From Candidatus Cloacimonadales bacterium (GTDB lineage Bacteria; Cloacimonadota; Cloacimonadia; Cloacimonadales; JAIOQZ01), in contig CAXXTU010000002.1 in NCBI GenBank assembly GCA_963662655.2, forward strand, positions 3,072,001 to 3,136,000: a DNA stretch of 64,000 nt, read 5' to 3'. The notes under the pieces were generated by a model. The model made no database searches. It saw nothing but the letters and a program-made list of their open reading frames with translations, and was not told the DNA's origin. Position 1 is the stretch's first letter. Every line of letters begins with the position of its first letter. A program made the translations under genes and the position numbers. Positions 38,782 to 48,585 of this stretch are shown in pieces.

Positions 38782-39494
38782 GTGAAATCCTGAAAGAAAC
38801 CGATCTCTTCGATCCACTGAAACACTGGCTGGAATACAACGGCTACACGGTTCGCGGTGAAGTGCGCGGCTGCGATGTGATCGCGATGAAAGACGACGAA
38901 GTGATCGCGATCGAGCTTAAGCTGCGTCTGAATCTGGAGCTGATCATCCAGGCGACAAAACGCCAGCGGGTTGCGGAGGCGGTCTATGTCGCGGTACCGG
39001 CAATGCAACGGAAAAACCGCAACTGGCGCGGAATCCGGCATCTATTGCGCAGGCTGGAGGTCGGACTCATCTTCGTTCACTTCAACCTGGAAGAACCGCA
39101 AGTGGAGATCGTCTTCCACCCGGTGTCTTACCAGAAGCGACGCTTCAAAAAGCCCCGCGCGCTGGTGATCCGGGAGATCGAAGGCAGGCAGGAGAATTTC
39201 AACAAGGGCGGTTCCGTCCGGAAGAAAATCGTTACCGCGTACCGGCAGGAAGCCATACACATCGCGTGCTGCCTGGAGCGTCTTGGGGATATGAGTCCCA
39301 AAGCCATGCGCGAACTCGGCACCGGCGATCGAACAACTGCAATCCTGGGCAGTAACTTCTACGGATGGTTCGCGCGGGTGAGTCGGGGCATATACAGCTT
39401 GACAGCCAGGGGGCGGAGTGATCTGGTGAAATACGCGCATATCGCGAATGTGTTTTATAATGAGCTCGACTCGACGGAGAACGACAATGGATAA
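38778..39494 (+). CDS. DUF2161-family putative PD-(D/E)XK protein
   Basis: 'ETDLF.PLK..LE..GY.V.GEV..CD', 'IELK..LNL.L..QA..RQ', 'TAYRQEA', 'NFYGWF.RV.RGIY.LT'. Confidence 0.8.
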   Translation: MSEILKETDLFDPLKHWLEYNGYTVRGEVRGCDVIAMKDDEVIAIELKLRLNLELIIQATKRQRVAEAVYVAVPAMQRKNRNWRGIRHLLRRLEVGLIFVHFNLEEPQVEIVFHPVSYQKRRFKKPRALVIREIEGRQENFNKGGSVRKKIVTAYRQEAIHIACCLERLGDMSPKAMRELGTGDRTTAILGSNFYGWFARVSRGIYSLTARGRSDLVKYAHIANVFYNELDSTENDNG

Positions 39495-40200
39495 ACTGGA
39501 TCAGGCAATCGGGATTTTACGCAAGGATCCCGTATGGAACGCCAACATACTCAATTTCATCGAAGACAATCCGATTCAATACCTCGATATCGAAGGTGAA
39601 TCGGTTATCGTGGTGGGCGAAGACCTCCACCCGCGCGGATTTATCGCAAGCAAGAATGCCGATGAGGTGAAAGCGTTGATGCAGCGATTCCCGGAAATCA
39701 TCACCCGGTTTTCCGCACTGGAAGAGTGGGTTTTGCCTCTGGTGGCCCGTGGAAGGGAGATGCCGCACTACGTTCCGGCAGCGCAGTTCATTCTTCCCGA
39801 CGATGTCCGGTTCGATCCACCCCGGTCTGAAATCGAATCGCTACGCTCCGAGGACGCCGATACGGTATTGAAATATATGACGTTCCACAGCGATTCGATC
39901 GAATCTTACATCGCCGACCGGATTGCGAACACGAAAACAGCGGCCATTCGCAAAGATGGAAAGCTCGTCGCTTGGAGCATGCTGCACCGCGATGGTGCGT
40001 TGGGATTCCTTAGCGTTCTGCCCGAGTATCGCAAGCAAGGTCTGGCACATGACCTGACCGTCTACCTCATCGAAAAAGTGCGCGAAAGAGGTCGCGTTCC
40101 CATGGTGCAGGTACAGCCCAAGAGCGTTGAATCGAAGCGTCTCGGAGAGAAGATGGGGTTCGTCTATCAGAAATCGCTCGTTTGGATAGACTTCAAGTAG
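39487..40200 (+). CDS. GNAT-family acetyltransferase (FR47-like)
   Basis: 'LSVLPEYRKQGLA', 'S.RL.EKMGF'. Confidence 0.85.
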   Translation: MDKLDQAIGILRKDPVWNANILNFIEDNPIQYLDIEGESVIVVGEDLHPRGFIASKNADEVKALMQRFPEIITRFSALEEWVLPLVARGREMPHYVPAAQFILPDDVRFDPPRSEIESLRSEDADTVLKYMTFHSDSIESYIADRIANTKTAAIRKDGKLVAWSMLHRDGALGFLSVLPEYRKQGLAHDLTVYLIEKVRERGRVPMVQVQPKSVESKRLGEKMGFVYQKSLVWIDFK

Positions 40201-40211
40201 TAGGCGGCTCG

Positions 40212-41396
40212 ATGAATGTATTATTTATCTCGCCGTTGTACTCGACATTCATTCATTCGCAGGTGGTGCGATTGCTGGAGATGGAAGATATCTCCGGCAG
40301 GGCCGAGTTCCTGGTTCGGGCCTACGCCTGGATGAGGAGTCCCAAGTACAGATGTTCGTTTTCCCCGGATAAATTGAGAGTAGTAATTCCGGAAGAGCTA
40401 TCACACCTTCTGGTCTACCCGAATTTCCCGCGGGACTGGCTACTGCATCGCAATGCAGACTGGATCGCTGGCCGCATCCTGCAGCGCTACAAGGAGGGGG
40501 CGTTCGATCTGATTCATGCCCACACACTGCATCCGGCAGGAACCGCGGCGATTAAAATCGCCCGAAAATGGGGTATCCCGGTTGTCATCACCACGCATGG
40601 AGCCGATTTCTATCGCTTGCGCTCCGAGGTGACGAAAACCCGGGCAGGTCGTCCCTACGATCCGCAGACTGCGCGCCTCGTGCGTAGCGCACTCCACGAA
40701 GCGAATCGGATTATCGCCGTGTCACCATCTTTTGCGGAAGAGATCGCGAGCGCTTTTCCGCAAGCCAGCGTGGAAATGATTCCCAATAGCTACGACAGCA
40801 CGATATTCACCCCTGGCGATAAACAACTGGCTAGAAAAGAGCTATCCATTCCCGAGGACGAAGAAATGCTCCTCAGCGTCGGGCATTACACGAAGACAAA
40901 GGGCTTCGAGTATCTGATCGGCGCTGTTCCTTGTCTGGTGGAGAAGCATCCACGGCTCAATCTGCATCTGATCGGTTCCGGCGAGCTGAAAGAGAGCTTC
41001 ATCGAGTTGATTCGTACGCTCGGTATGGAGAAACATGTCCAATTGCACCCACCCGTGCAGCACGAAAAGCTCACCACCTGGTACCGGGCAACCGATATCT
41101 ACTTGCAGCCGTCGTTGAGCGAGACCTTCGGTCTGACGCTTGCGGAGGCGCAGGCCTGCGGAGCTCCGGCAATCGCATCACTGACCGCCGGACCGAAGTA
41201 TATTCTGGGCAAGACCAACGGCGGCATCCTGGTTGCGCCCATGGACACGGATGCACTGGTACGAGAGACGGGAATGCTCCTCGAATGCGCAAACGTACGT
41301 GAATTGCATGCCCAAATGGCTACTGACAACGCGAAACTGCACCTGACGTATCAGGAAGTGAAGATTCGTGAACTCTACCGGGAATTGCTGAAGTAA
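40212..41396 (+). CDS. glycosyltransferase family 4 (TuaC-like)
   Basis: 'DLIHAH', 'VITTHGAD', 'KGFEYLI', 'ETFGLTLAEAQACG'. Confidence 0.9.
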   Translation: MNVLFISPLYSTFIHSQVVRLLEMEDISGRAEFLVRAYAWMRSPKYRCSFSPDKLRVVIPEELSHLLVYPNFPRDWLLHRNADWIAGRILQRYKEGAFDLIHAHTLHPAGTAAIKIARKWGIPVVITTHGADFYRLRSEVTKTRAGRPYDPQTARLVRSALHEANRIIAVSPSFAEEIASAFPQASVEMIPNSYDSTIFTPGDKQLARKELSIPEDEEMLLSVGHYTKTKGFEYLIGAVPCLVEKHPRLNLHLIGSGELKESFIELIRTLGMEKHVQLHPPVQHEKLTTWYRATDIYLQPSLSETFGLTLAEAQACGAPAIASLTAGPKYILGKTNGGILVAPMDTDALVRETGMLLECANVRELHAQMATDNAKLHLTYQEVKIRELYRELLK

Positions 41397-41611
41397 TCCA
41401 TTCAAGAAAAAATGTTTGCGATCCTTCGTAACCTTTACTGAATGATTGCTCAGTTTATGGTGACAAATAATGATAATCGCACTTCCCGAACCACAAAAAC
41501 AGATTGACAGAATAAACGCTAACAGGGTTAGTGTAATGTTCATTATTATGATTGGATCAACCCATGAATAAATGCATATATAGAATATCTTGCGAGAGGA
41601 ATGTGGGAGAA

Positions 41612-42352
41612 ATGAATCAGGATAAACAAGTGAAAATAGCACTTATAACAGGGGCTGCAAGGGGAATAGGCGCAGCAATTGCAAAACAACTCAGTGCGGA
41701 CGGATACACGATTTGGGCAAATTATCGCAGCAATCACGAATCTGCAAACAAACTGAAGGAAGAGATCGAAGCCGGCGGAGGCGAATGCGTTCTCCTTCCG
41801 TTCGACGTAGCCGATGAAGAGCAGGTTAACGAAGTCCTCGGCAAGATGCTTGAAGAAGGCACGCCGGATGTACTCGTCAACAACGCTGGATTCAGTCGCG
41901 ACAGCCTGATTGTGTGGATGTCGAGCGAAGATTGGCAGGCCGTGACGGACGTGACGCTCCGGGGATTTTTCCTTGTAACCAAGCTCGTTCTTCTGGGCAT
42001 GATGAAGCGCCGGAAAGGCTCCATCGTTAACATCGCCTCGACGGGCGGCCAGAGCGGACTCGCAGGCCAGGCGAATTACTCGGCTGCGAAGGCGGGATTG
42101 ATTGGCGCTTCCCGCTCTCTTGCCAAGGAAGTTATCAAGCGCAACATTCGCGTCAACTGCGTGGCTCCCGGTTTCATCGAGACCGAAATGACCGCCGAGC
42201 TCCCGGTTGAAGAAATCAAGAAGACCATTCCGGCCGGCCGTTTTGGCAAAGTTGAAGAGGTTGCATCCGTCGTGAGCTTCCTGTGCTCGGATGCGGCGTC
42301 GTATATCGTGGGCGAAACCATCTCCGTCAACGGCGGAATCTTCACGCCGTAA
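41612..42352 (+). CDS. fabG: 3-oxoacyl-ACP reductase, first gene of the type II FAS/PKS cluster
   Basis: 'TGAARGIG', 'NNAG', 'NYSAAK', 'VAPGFIET'. Confidence 0.9.
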   Translation: MNQDKQVKIALITGAARGIGAAIAKQLSADGYTIWANYRSNHESANKLKEEIEAGGGECVLLPFDVADEEQVNEVLGKMLEEGTPDVLVNNAGFSRDSLIVWMSSEDWQAVTDVTLRGFFLVTKLVLLGMMKRRKGSIVNIASTGGQSGLAGQANYSAAKAGLIGASRSLAKEVIKRNIRVNCVAPGFIETEMTAELPVEEIKKTIPAGRFGKVEEVASVVSFLCSDAASYIVGETISVNGGIFTP

Positions 42353-42367
42353 TCCAGAGGTTGAACC

Positions 42368-43582
42368 ATGTACGATGTAGCAATAACCGGAATTGGAATT
42401 GTATCCTGTATCGGAACGGGCGTCAAGAAAGTCACCGAGTCTCTCCGCAACGGGAGATCGGGAATCGGCATCGATCCACAGCGTAAAGAACTCGGATTCC
42501 GCAGTCCCCTCACCGGAATCATCAGCGATTTTGAACCACCAGACCTTTCTCGCAAAAAAAGAAAAACACTCAGCGACTTCGGTTTGCAATGCTACGCTGC
42601 CGCTCTCGAGGCAGTGGAGATGTCGGGCTGGGGCGAAGAAGATATCCAGACGGACCGCACCGGACTGATCATCGGCAACGATTCGTCATCCGTCGCCAAT
42701 ATCGAACCTTACGAAGTGGTGATGAAAGAACGCTCGACGTTCCCCGTCGGCGCAACGGTCATTTTCCAAGCGCTCACTTCGACCGTGACCATGAACTTGA
42801 ACACGCTTTTTGGAACGCGTGGCGCGTCCTGGACCATCTCGGGCGCATGCGCCAGCGGCGGACACGCGGTGGGACAGGCAGCCGATCTCATTGCGCTTGG
42901 CAGGCAGGATCGGATGATCTGCGGAGGCGTTCAGGAGATAAGCTGGCAATCGGTTTGCAGCTTCGATGCGACCAACGCCTTCTCGGTTCGCGAACACGAT
43001 CCGCTGACAGCATGCCGTCCATTCGACAAAAACCGCGATGGCCTGGTGCCCAGCGGCGGCGCGGCTGTTATCACGCTCGAGCGCGGTGATCTCGCCCGAA
43101 AACGCGGCGCGAACATCCTCGGATGGGTTCGCGGTTACGCGTTCTCCTCCGATGGCGAGAATCTGGCGGTCCCATCCGGCGAAGGCTTGCAGCGCTGCAT
43201 CCAGTCGTGCCTGGACAACGCCGGATACAATCCCGACAAGATAGACTATATCAATGCGCACGCCACCTCAACGCCAGTCGGCGATCACAAGGAGGCCTGG
43301 GCTATAAAAAACACCTTCAAAGCGGACGCCCCCTGGGTTTCTTCCACGAAATCCATGACCGGCCACGAGATGTGGATGTCCGGCGCGGCGCAGGTTGTTT
43401 ATACCACGCTGATGGCGCAAAACGGATTCATCGCGCCCAACCTCAACTACCGCAATCCGGATGAGGATATGCCCACGCTGAAGATCGCAACGGAAACCAT
43501 TTCACAGAAGATTAAATTGGCTCTTCTCAATTCCGCTGGCTTCGGAGGAACCAATTCCTGCCTGATTATCGAATGCGAATGA
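42368..43582 (+). CDS. beta-ketoacyl-ACP synthase (FabB/F-like) 1
   Basis: Cys-His-His triad: 'GACASG', 'NAHATST', 'TGHEM'; 'GFGGTN'. Confidence 0.92.
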   Translation: MYDVAITGIGIVSCIGTGVKKVTESLRNGRSGIGIDPQRKELGFRSPLTGIISDFEPPDLSRKKRKTLSDFGLQCYAAALEAVEMSGWGEEDIQTDRTGLIIGNDSSSVANIEPYEVVMKERSTFPVGATVIFQALTSTVTMNLNTLFGTRGASWTISGACASGGHAVGQAADLIALGRQDRMICGGVQEISWQSVCSFDATNAFSVREHDPLTACRPFDKNRDGLVPSGGAAVITLERGDLARKRGANILGWVRGYAFSSDGENLAVPSGEGLQRCIQSCLDNAGYNPDKIDYINAHATSTPVGDHKEAWAIKNTFKADAPWVSSTKSMTGHEMWMSGAAQVVYTTLMAQNGFIAPNLNYRNPDEDMPTLKIATETISQKIKLALLNSAGFGGTNSCLIIECE

Positions 43583-45030
43583 AGAAGTACGACTGTATCG
43601 TAATCGGAGCTGGCGCCAGTGGTTGCACCGCGGCTCTGTTGCTCGCGAAATGCGGGAAAAAAGTAGCGCTTGTCGAATCGCACCACACGTTGATGCCCCT
43701 CTTGAAGCGTTTCAAGCGCCAGGGTTTCTGGTGCGATCCCGGATTCCACTATACGGGCGGTTTGCATGAAGATGGCAAGATGAACGTTTTCATGCGCTAT
43801 TTCGGTATGGACGACTTGATTAAGCCGGTTATGATGGATCCCGATGGTTTCGACGCGATCCGCTTCAAGGACCGGGAATACGCGATTCCCTGGGGAATGG
43901 ATCGCCTGCACGACTACCTTTGCAGCGAGTTCCCGAAATCGAAACCCGCGATCGAGAAATACCTCACCTATTTCCACGATCTCAACATGCACACCGCTTT
44001 TACGAATTACGACCTCCCATACGGCTCCTATCCGGAAGACCTGATCGAATCCAAGAGCCTTTACAGGTATCTCCGCGAGAACGGCGCCGAGAAGGAATTG
44101 ATCCAGCTCCTCGGAACGCACGGCTACATCGTTTACGGCGCGGATATGACGAGCGTGCCGACGTTCATGAACGCCTATATCATGTGGTCGTTCTATAACG
44201 GTACGGGGAACTTAGTCCACGGCGGCGATGCGCTTCATGACGCGTTCTCAAAGAGGTTGACGGAAGAAGGCGTCGATATCTTACTGAAATCGCCGGTTAC
44301 CGAAATCAACATCGATTCGAGCCGGAGGGTAAAGGGTGTCGAGATCGCCGGTGAGATGCGCCTCGAATGCGACCATTGCATCTCAACGGTACATCCTCAC
44401 AAACTTCTCGATATATTCCCCCAAAAGGGAATCAAACCCGCATTCCGCAAGCGGGTTCAGGCGATGGAAAATTCGCTCTCCTTCGCGACGATTTTCTACA
44501 AGTGCGAGAACATCCCCGAATCTCTGAAGCGCAGAAACCTTTACGAATATCTTCCCGAGCGCAGAGGCAGTTTGGAAGGTATTCACGCAATCATGAAAAC
44601 ATCTCCAGAAGAAAGAAATGCGCTTACAGTAATCTTACCTGTTGCGGAAAAAGAAATTGATGATTTATTCGCTATTGACAGAAATATCGATATGGAGAAA
44701 TATCAAACGATGAAACAGAGTTTCGCCGAGCGAGCGGATCGGGCGTTGTTTGGCCGGTTCCCCGAGCTTCGCGGACATGCGGAGATTATTGATGTCTCAA
44801 CACCTGTCACATATAATCGATACACGGGAACTCCGCGTGGAACCGCATACGGATTGAAGCAGACCAACCAGTATTTTGCTTTGTCTTCTCGTGCCCCGGT
44901 TCAGGGATTGTACCTCGCGGGGCAGAGCTTGAATCCGGGTGTGCTTGGAGCGATTGTGACCAGCTTCATCGCTACAGGTTTCATCGTCGATCCCGAAACG
45001 ATCTGGAAGGAAATAAGAAAATGTCGATGA
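43579..45030 (+). CDS. phytoene desaturase-like FAD oxidoreductase
   Basis: 'IGAGASG', 'D.GFHYTGGL', 'STP.TY.RYT...G.AYG', 'GLYLAGQS...GV.GA'. Confidence 0.85.
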   Translation: MKKYDCIVIGAGASGCTAALLLAKCGKKVALVESHHTLMPLLKRFKRQGFWCDPGFHYTGGLHEDGKMNVFMRYFGMDDLIKPVMMDPDGFDAIRFKDREYAIPWGMDRLHDYLCSEFPKSKPAIEKYLTYFHDLNMHTAFTNYDLPYGSYPEDLIESKSLYRYLRENGAEKELIQLLGTHGYIVYGADMTSVPTFMNAYIMWSFYNGTGNLVHGGDALHDAFSKRLTEEGVDILLKSPVTEINIDSSRRVKGVEIAGEMRLECDHCISTVHPHKLLDIFPQKGIKPAFRKRVQAMENSLSFATIFYKCENIPESLKRRNLYEYLPERRGSLEGIHAIMKTSPEERNALTVILPVAEKEIDDLFAIDRNIDMEKYQTMKQSFAERADRALFGRFPELRGHAEIIDVSTPVTYNRYTGTPRGTAYGLKQTNQYFALSSRAPVQGLYLAGQSLNPGVLGAIVTSFIATGFIVDPETIWKEIRKCR

Positions 45031-46265
45031 ATCGAGTTGTAATAACCGGTGTCGGAGCGGTATCCCCCTTCGGCCTTGGCGCAGATAAAATGTATGAGAA
45101 CCTTTGCAAGGACAACAATGCCGTTGTCAACCTGCGTTCGATATGGGAGAAACATGTTTCCGATCTCGAGTGCTGGGTCGGCGCCCCTGTGGCGGAACCG
45201 CTCAACGAGAAGGAAATCCCCCGTAAATATCGTAAGCTCATGGGTCGCACGGCGTTCCTGGCTTTTTTCGCAGTTAGGGAAGCGCTGGAAAACGCACGAG
45301 TTCCCGAAGAACTTCTTTCATCGGGCAACGTTGGCGTGAGCTACGGATCGTCCACGGGCAGTATCGACAGCATGACCGACTTCTTCATGGAAATATTCCG
45401 GACGAACGAGTGCCATCAATTGTCCTCGGGTATCTTCTTTCAGGTGATGAGCCATACTGCTGCAGCGAATATCGCGCATATCTTTGGCGTGACGGGACGG
45501 GTCGTCTCTCCCAACGCGGCGTGTGCCTCCGCATTGCAATCGATCGGCGTCGGCTACGAGTACGTGAAATACGGGATGATCGACATGATGATCTGTGGCG
45601 GCGTTGAAGAACTTCACGCCTATACGAGCACCTCGTTCGACATCGTGCAGGGAACTTCCACCAAATTCAACGAAAGGCCGCAGCAGACACCGCGACCATT
45701 CGACAGGGACAGGGACGGAACCGTTTGCGGAGAAGGCGCGGGTTGCCTGATCATCGAGAGCGAGGCCTCCGCGAAGAGACGCGGTGCGAAAATCCTTGCC
45801 GAGATAATCGGATTCGATACTTCTGCAAGCGGTGAACACATGTCGCATTCGCACGCCGAATCAATCGCGCGTTGCATGAGAAGCGCACTCAGGAATGCCA
45901 ATGTCAAGCCGTCCGATGTCGATTACATCAACGCCCATGCAACGGCAACCGTATTGGGGGACATGCACGAGGCGGAAGCGATCGCGGAGATATTCGGAGA
46001 GCACAAGATTCCCGTCAGCAGCATGAAAGGCCATATCGGCCACACACTCGGGGCAAGCGGAGCGCTGGAGCTGGTTGCGTCCACCTACATGATGCGCGAC
46101 GAGCAGATTATTCCTACGAGGAATCTGGAAAATCCGGATGAAGCAGCGCAGGCACTGAACCTTGTTTCCGATCTCAAGCCGACGAAGCTGGACGTGATCA
46201 TGAAGAACAGTTTCGCATTCGGAGGCATCAATACAGCATTATTAATAAGGAGATATAAATCATGA
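45021..46265 (+). CDS. beta-ketoacyl-ACP synthase (FabF-like) 2
   Basis: 'NAACAS', 'NAHATAT', 'GHTLGASG', 'FAFGGIN'. Confidence 0.92.
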   Translation: MSMNRVVITGVGAVSPFGLGADKMYENLCKDNNAVVNLRSIWEKHVSDLECWVGAPVAEPLNEKEIPRKYRKLMGRTAFLAFFAVREALENARVPEELLSSGNVGVSYGSSTGSIDSMTDFFMEIFRTNECHQLSSGIFFQVMSHTAAANIAHIFGVTGRVVSPNAACASALQSIGVGYEYVKYGMIDMMICGGVEELHAYTSTSFDIVQGTSTKFNERPQQTPRPFDRDRDGTVCGEGAGCLIIESEASAKRRGAKILAEIIGFDTSASGEHMSHSHAESIARCMRSALRNANVKPSDVDYINAHATATVLGDMHEAEAIAEIFGEHKIPVSSMKGHIGHTLGASGALELVASTYMMRDEQIIPTRNLENPDEAAQALNLVSDLKPTKLDVIMKNSFAFGGINTALLIRRYKS

Positions 46266-46516
46266 GTGATGAGCAAATCTTGAAAGGAATCACCAGGATT
46301 CTGGTGGACGAATTCGAAATTGAAGAAGATATAATCAACCCCGAAGCGACGCTTTACGACGAGCTTGAACTGGATAGCCTCGATGGCGTCGATCTTATCG
46401 TGATGCTGGAAAACGAATTTAACTTCAAAGTTGATCGCAAGCAGGATGAGGGTACCATCCGTCAAATGAGAACGATTCAGCACATCATCGAGTTCATCAA
46501 ACAGAAAATTGCCTGA
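46262..46516 (+). CDS. acyl carrier protein
   Basis: Acidic, 84 aa, 'LELDSLD' phosphopantetheine site. Confidence 0.93.
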   Translation: MSDEQILKGITRILVDEFEIEEDIINPEATLYDELELDSLDGVDLIVMLENEFNFKVDRKQDEGTIRQMRTIQHIIEFIKQKIA

Positions 46517-46536
46517 TCCGTTTCTCAGAGCCAATC

Positions 46537-47268
46537 ATGCATCTATTGCAGAACTTGTACTACCTTATCGTGATCTCGGCCGTGACAATCGTCTTCGAGA
46601 TATCTTATCATCTTGTCGCGAAGCCTCTTCTGTACCTCCGGGGATATAAGCGGGACGATATCTATCGCATCAAGAACGCCGTTTACGGAAAAGTGTGTGT
46701 AAGGGCTTCTTGGCCGGTGCTAAAGGTGAAGATGAAAGGCCGGAAGAATGTCCCCAAGGGGCAGCCCTGCGTATTTGTATACAACCACCGGAGCAATGTC
46801 GATATCTTTTTCGCTTCGATGGTTCCGCGCAGCAACCTGATGGTGTTCGTGCGATCCTGGCCGTTCCGGCTCCGGTTGTTCGGATGGTCCATGCAACGGG
46901 CGAACTACATCAACAGCGAGACAACCGCTCACGACGAACTGGTTCGGAAAGGGTTGGATCTCGTGGACCGAAAGGTCTCGTTCGTCGTGTTTCCCGAGGG
47001 GCATCGCTCGCGCGACGGTAAGCTCCGGAGATTCTACTCGGGTGCTTTCTATCTCTCGATACACACCGGTATTCCGATTGTTCCCGTGGTCATGACGGGG
47101 ATCGAGAAATTCTTCTCGACGAAGTTCCCCTTCATCAACACTGCCAATGTTGAGATTGAATTGCTGGAACCGGTTTATCCGCAAGATTTCACGGAAGGAC
47201 AGCCCTGGCTGAGAATGCGCAAGCACGTCGAAGGCATCTACCGCAAACATCTGGGAGAGGAGCTTTAA
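46537..47268 (+). CDS. 1-acyl-sn-glycerol-3-phosphate acyltransferase (PlsC-like)
   Basis: 'NHRSNVD' (HX4D), 'FPEGHRS', 'IVPV'. Confidence 0.88.
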   Translation: MHLLQNLYYLIVISAVTIVFEISYHLVAKPLLYLRGYKRDDIYRIKNAVYGKVCVRASWPVLKVKMKGRKNVPKGQPCVFVYNHRSNVDIFFASMVPRSNLMVFVRSWPFRLRLFGWSMQRANYINSETTAHDELVRKGLDLVDRKVSFVVFPEGHRSRDGKLRRFYSGAFYLSIHTGIPIVPVVMTGIEKFFSTKFPFINTANVEIELLEPVYPQDFTEGQPWLRMRKHVEGIYRKHLGEEL

Positions 47269-47270
47269 CG

Positions 47271-48584
47271 ATGGTACGGGATTTTTCTGCAGCAAGATTC
47301 GGAGACGTACAGCACCTGAGCCGAGAAAAGATAGACGATCTCTCTCTGGAACTCCTGAAACAGCACATCGCGTACGCGTATGAGAACAGCCCATTCTACA
47401 AGCGATTTTTCGATGAAAACGGAATGACTCCGGCCGACATCAGAACCATCGAGGATGTTTCCCGCATCCCGACGACGATGAAACATCATCTCGCGGAGAA
47501 CAACATGGATTTTCTCGCTGTTCCGCGGGATCGAATCACCGATGTCTGCATGACATCCGCGACCGTTGGCAACAACCCGACGATGGTGCTTCAGACGGCT
47601 GATGATCTCACGCGACTTGCGCTCAACGAAGAGGTCGCATTCGGCATCAGTGGGATATCCGGCAGCGACATCATCGCGATCGGGGCGGCGATCGATCGCT
47701 GCTTCATGGCGGGGCTCGCCTACTTTCTGGGCGCGCAGCGCATGAAAGCGACCGCAGTTAGGATCGGAGCGGGAAGCGCGGCGCAACACTGGGAGCTCAT
47801 CAAGACAACCGGTGCGACAACGATCGTCGGCGTGCCGTCCTTCATGCTGAAGATCGCGCAGTACGCGCTGGATAACGGCGATGATCCGGCCCAAAGCGGC
47901 ATCAGGAGACTCCTCGCCATCGGTGAGCCCACGCGCGATGCCGGACTCGAGCTTCTTCCTCTGGGCAAAATCCTCGAGGATATCTGGCAGGCTCCATTGC
48001 TTTCCACGTACGCGTCCACCGAAATGGCTACCTCCTTCAACGAATGCGAGATGCAAGCCGGCGGACACCTGCGTCCCGAACTGGCCTACGTAGAAATCCT
48101 GGACGACCAGGGCAATCCCGTTCCACCCGGACAAACCGGTGAAGTCACCGTGACCCCGCTGGGTGTAACCGGAATGCCGCTGATTCGCTTCCGAACGGGC
48201 GACATCGCTTACAAAATCGACGAACCGTGCGCATGCGGGAGAACCACGCCGCGCATATCGCCGGTTCTGGGCAGAAAAAACCAGATGCTCAAGTACAAGG
48301 GCACGCTCCTTTTCCCGAACGCGATTCTCGCTGCGGTCGAGGGACGGGACGGCTTTCTGGGGGGATACGTGATGGCGAATCGCGATTCCCACGGTAACGA
48401 TCTGGTTACCTTCTGCGTCGCGCTCGATCAAGACCGATTGCCGCTGCAAGCGCTCAAAGAAAGGCTTCAGGCCAAGGTGAGGGTCATTCCGCAGATCGAG
48501 ATCATGAGCGAGGACGCCGTTCGCGAGAAAGTCAACCAGACCGGGAAGCGGAAGCGGGTAATTTTCCATGATTATAGGAGCTGA
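47271..48584 (+). CDS. phenylacetate-CoA ligase-like adenylating enzyme
   Basis: 'AYENSPFY', P-loop variant 'TSATVGNP', 'STYASTE', 'PLIRFRTGD'. Confidence 0.85.
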   Translation: MVRDFSAARFGDVQHLSREKIDDLSLELLKQHIAYAYENSPFYKRFFDENGMTPADIRTIEDVSRIPTTMKHHLAENNMDFLAVPRDRITDVCMTSATVGNNPTMVLQTADDLTRLALNEEVAFGISGISGSDIIAIGAAIDRCFMAGLAYFLGAQRMKATAVRIGAGSAAQHWELIKTTGATTIVGVPSFMLKIAQYALDNGDDPAQSGIRRLLAIGEPTRDAGLELLPLGKILEDIWQAPLLSTYASTEMATSFNECEMQAGGHLRPELAYVEILDDQGNPVPPGQTGEVTVTPLGVTGMPLIRFRTGDIAYKIDEPCACGRTTPRISPVLGRKNQMLKYKGTLLFPNAILAAVEGRDGFLGGYVMANRDSHGNDLVTFCVALDQDRLPLQALKERLQAKVRVIPQIEIMSEDAVREKVNQTGKRKRVIFHDYRS

Positions 48585-48585
48585 C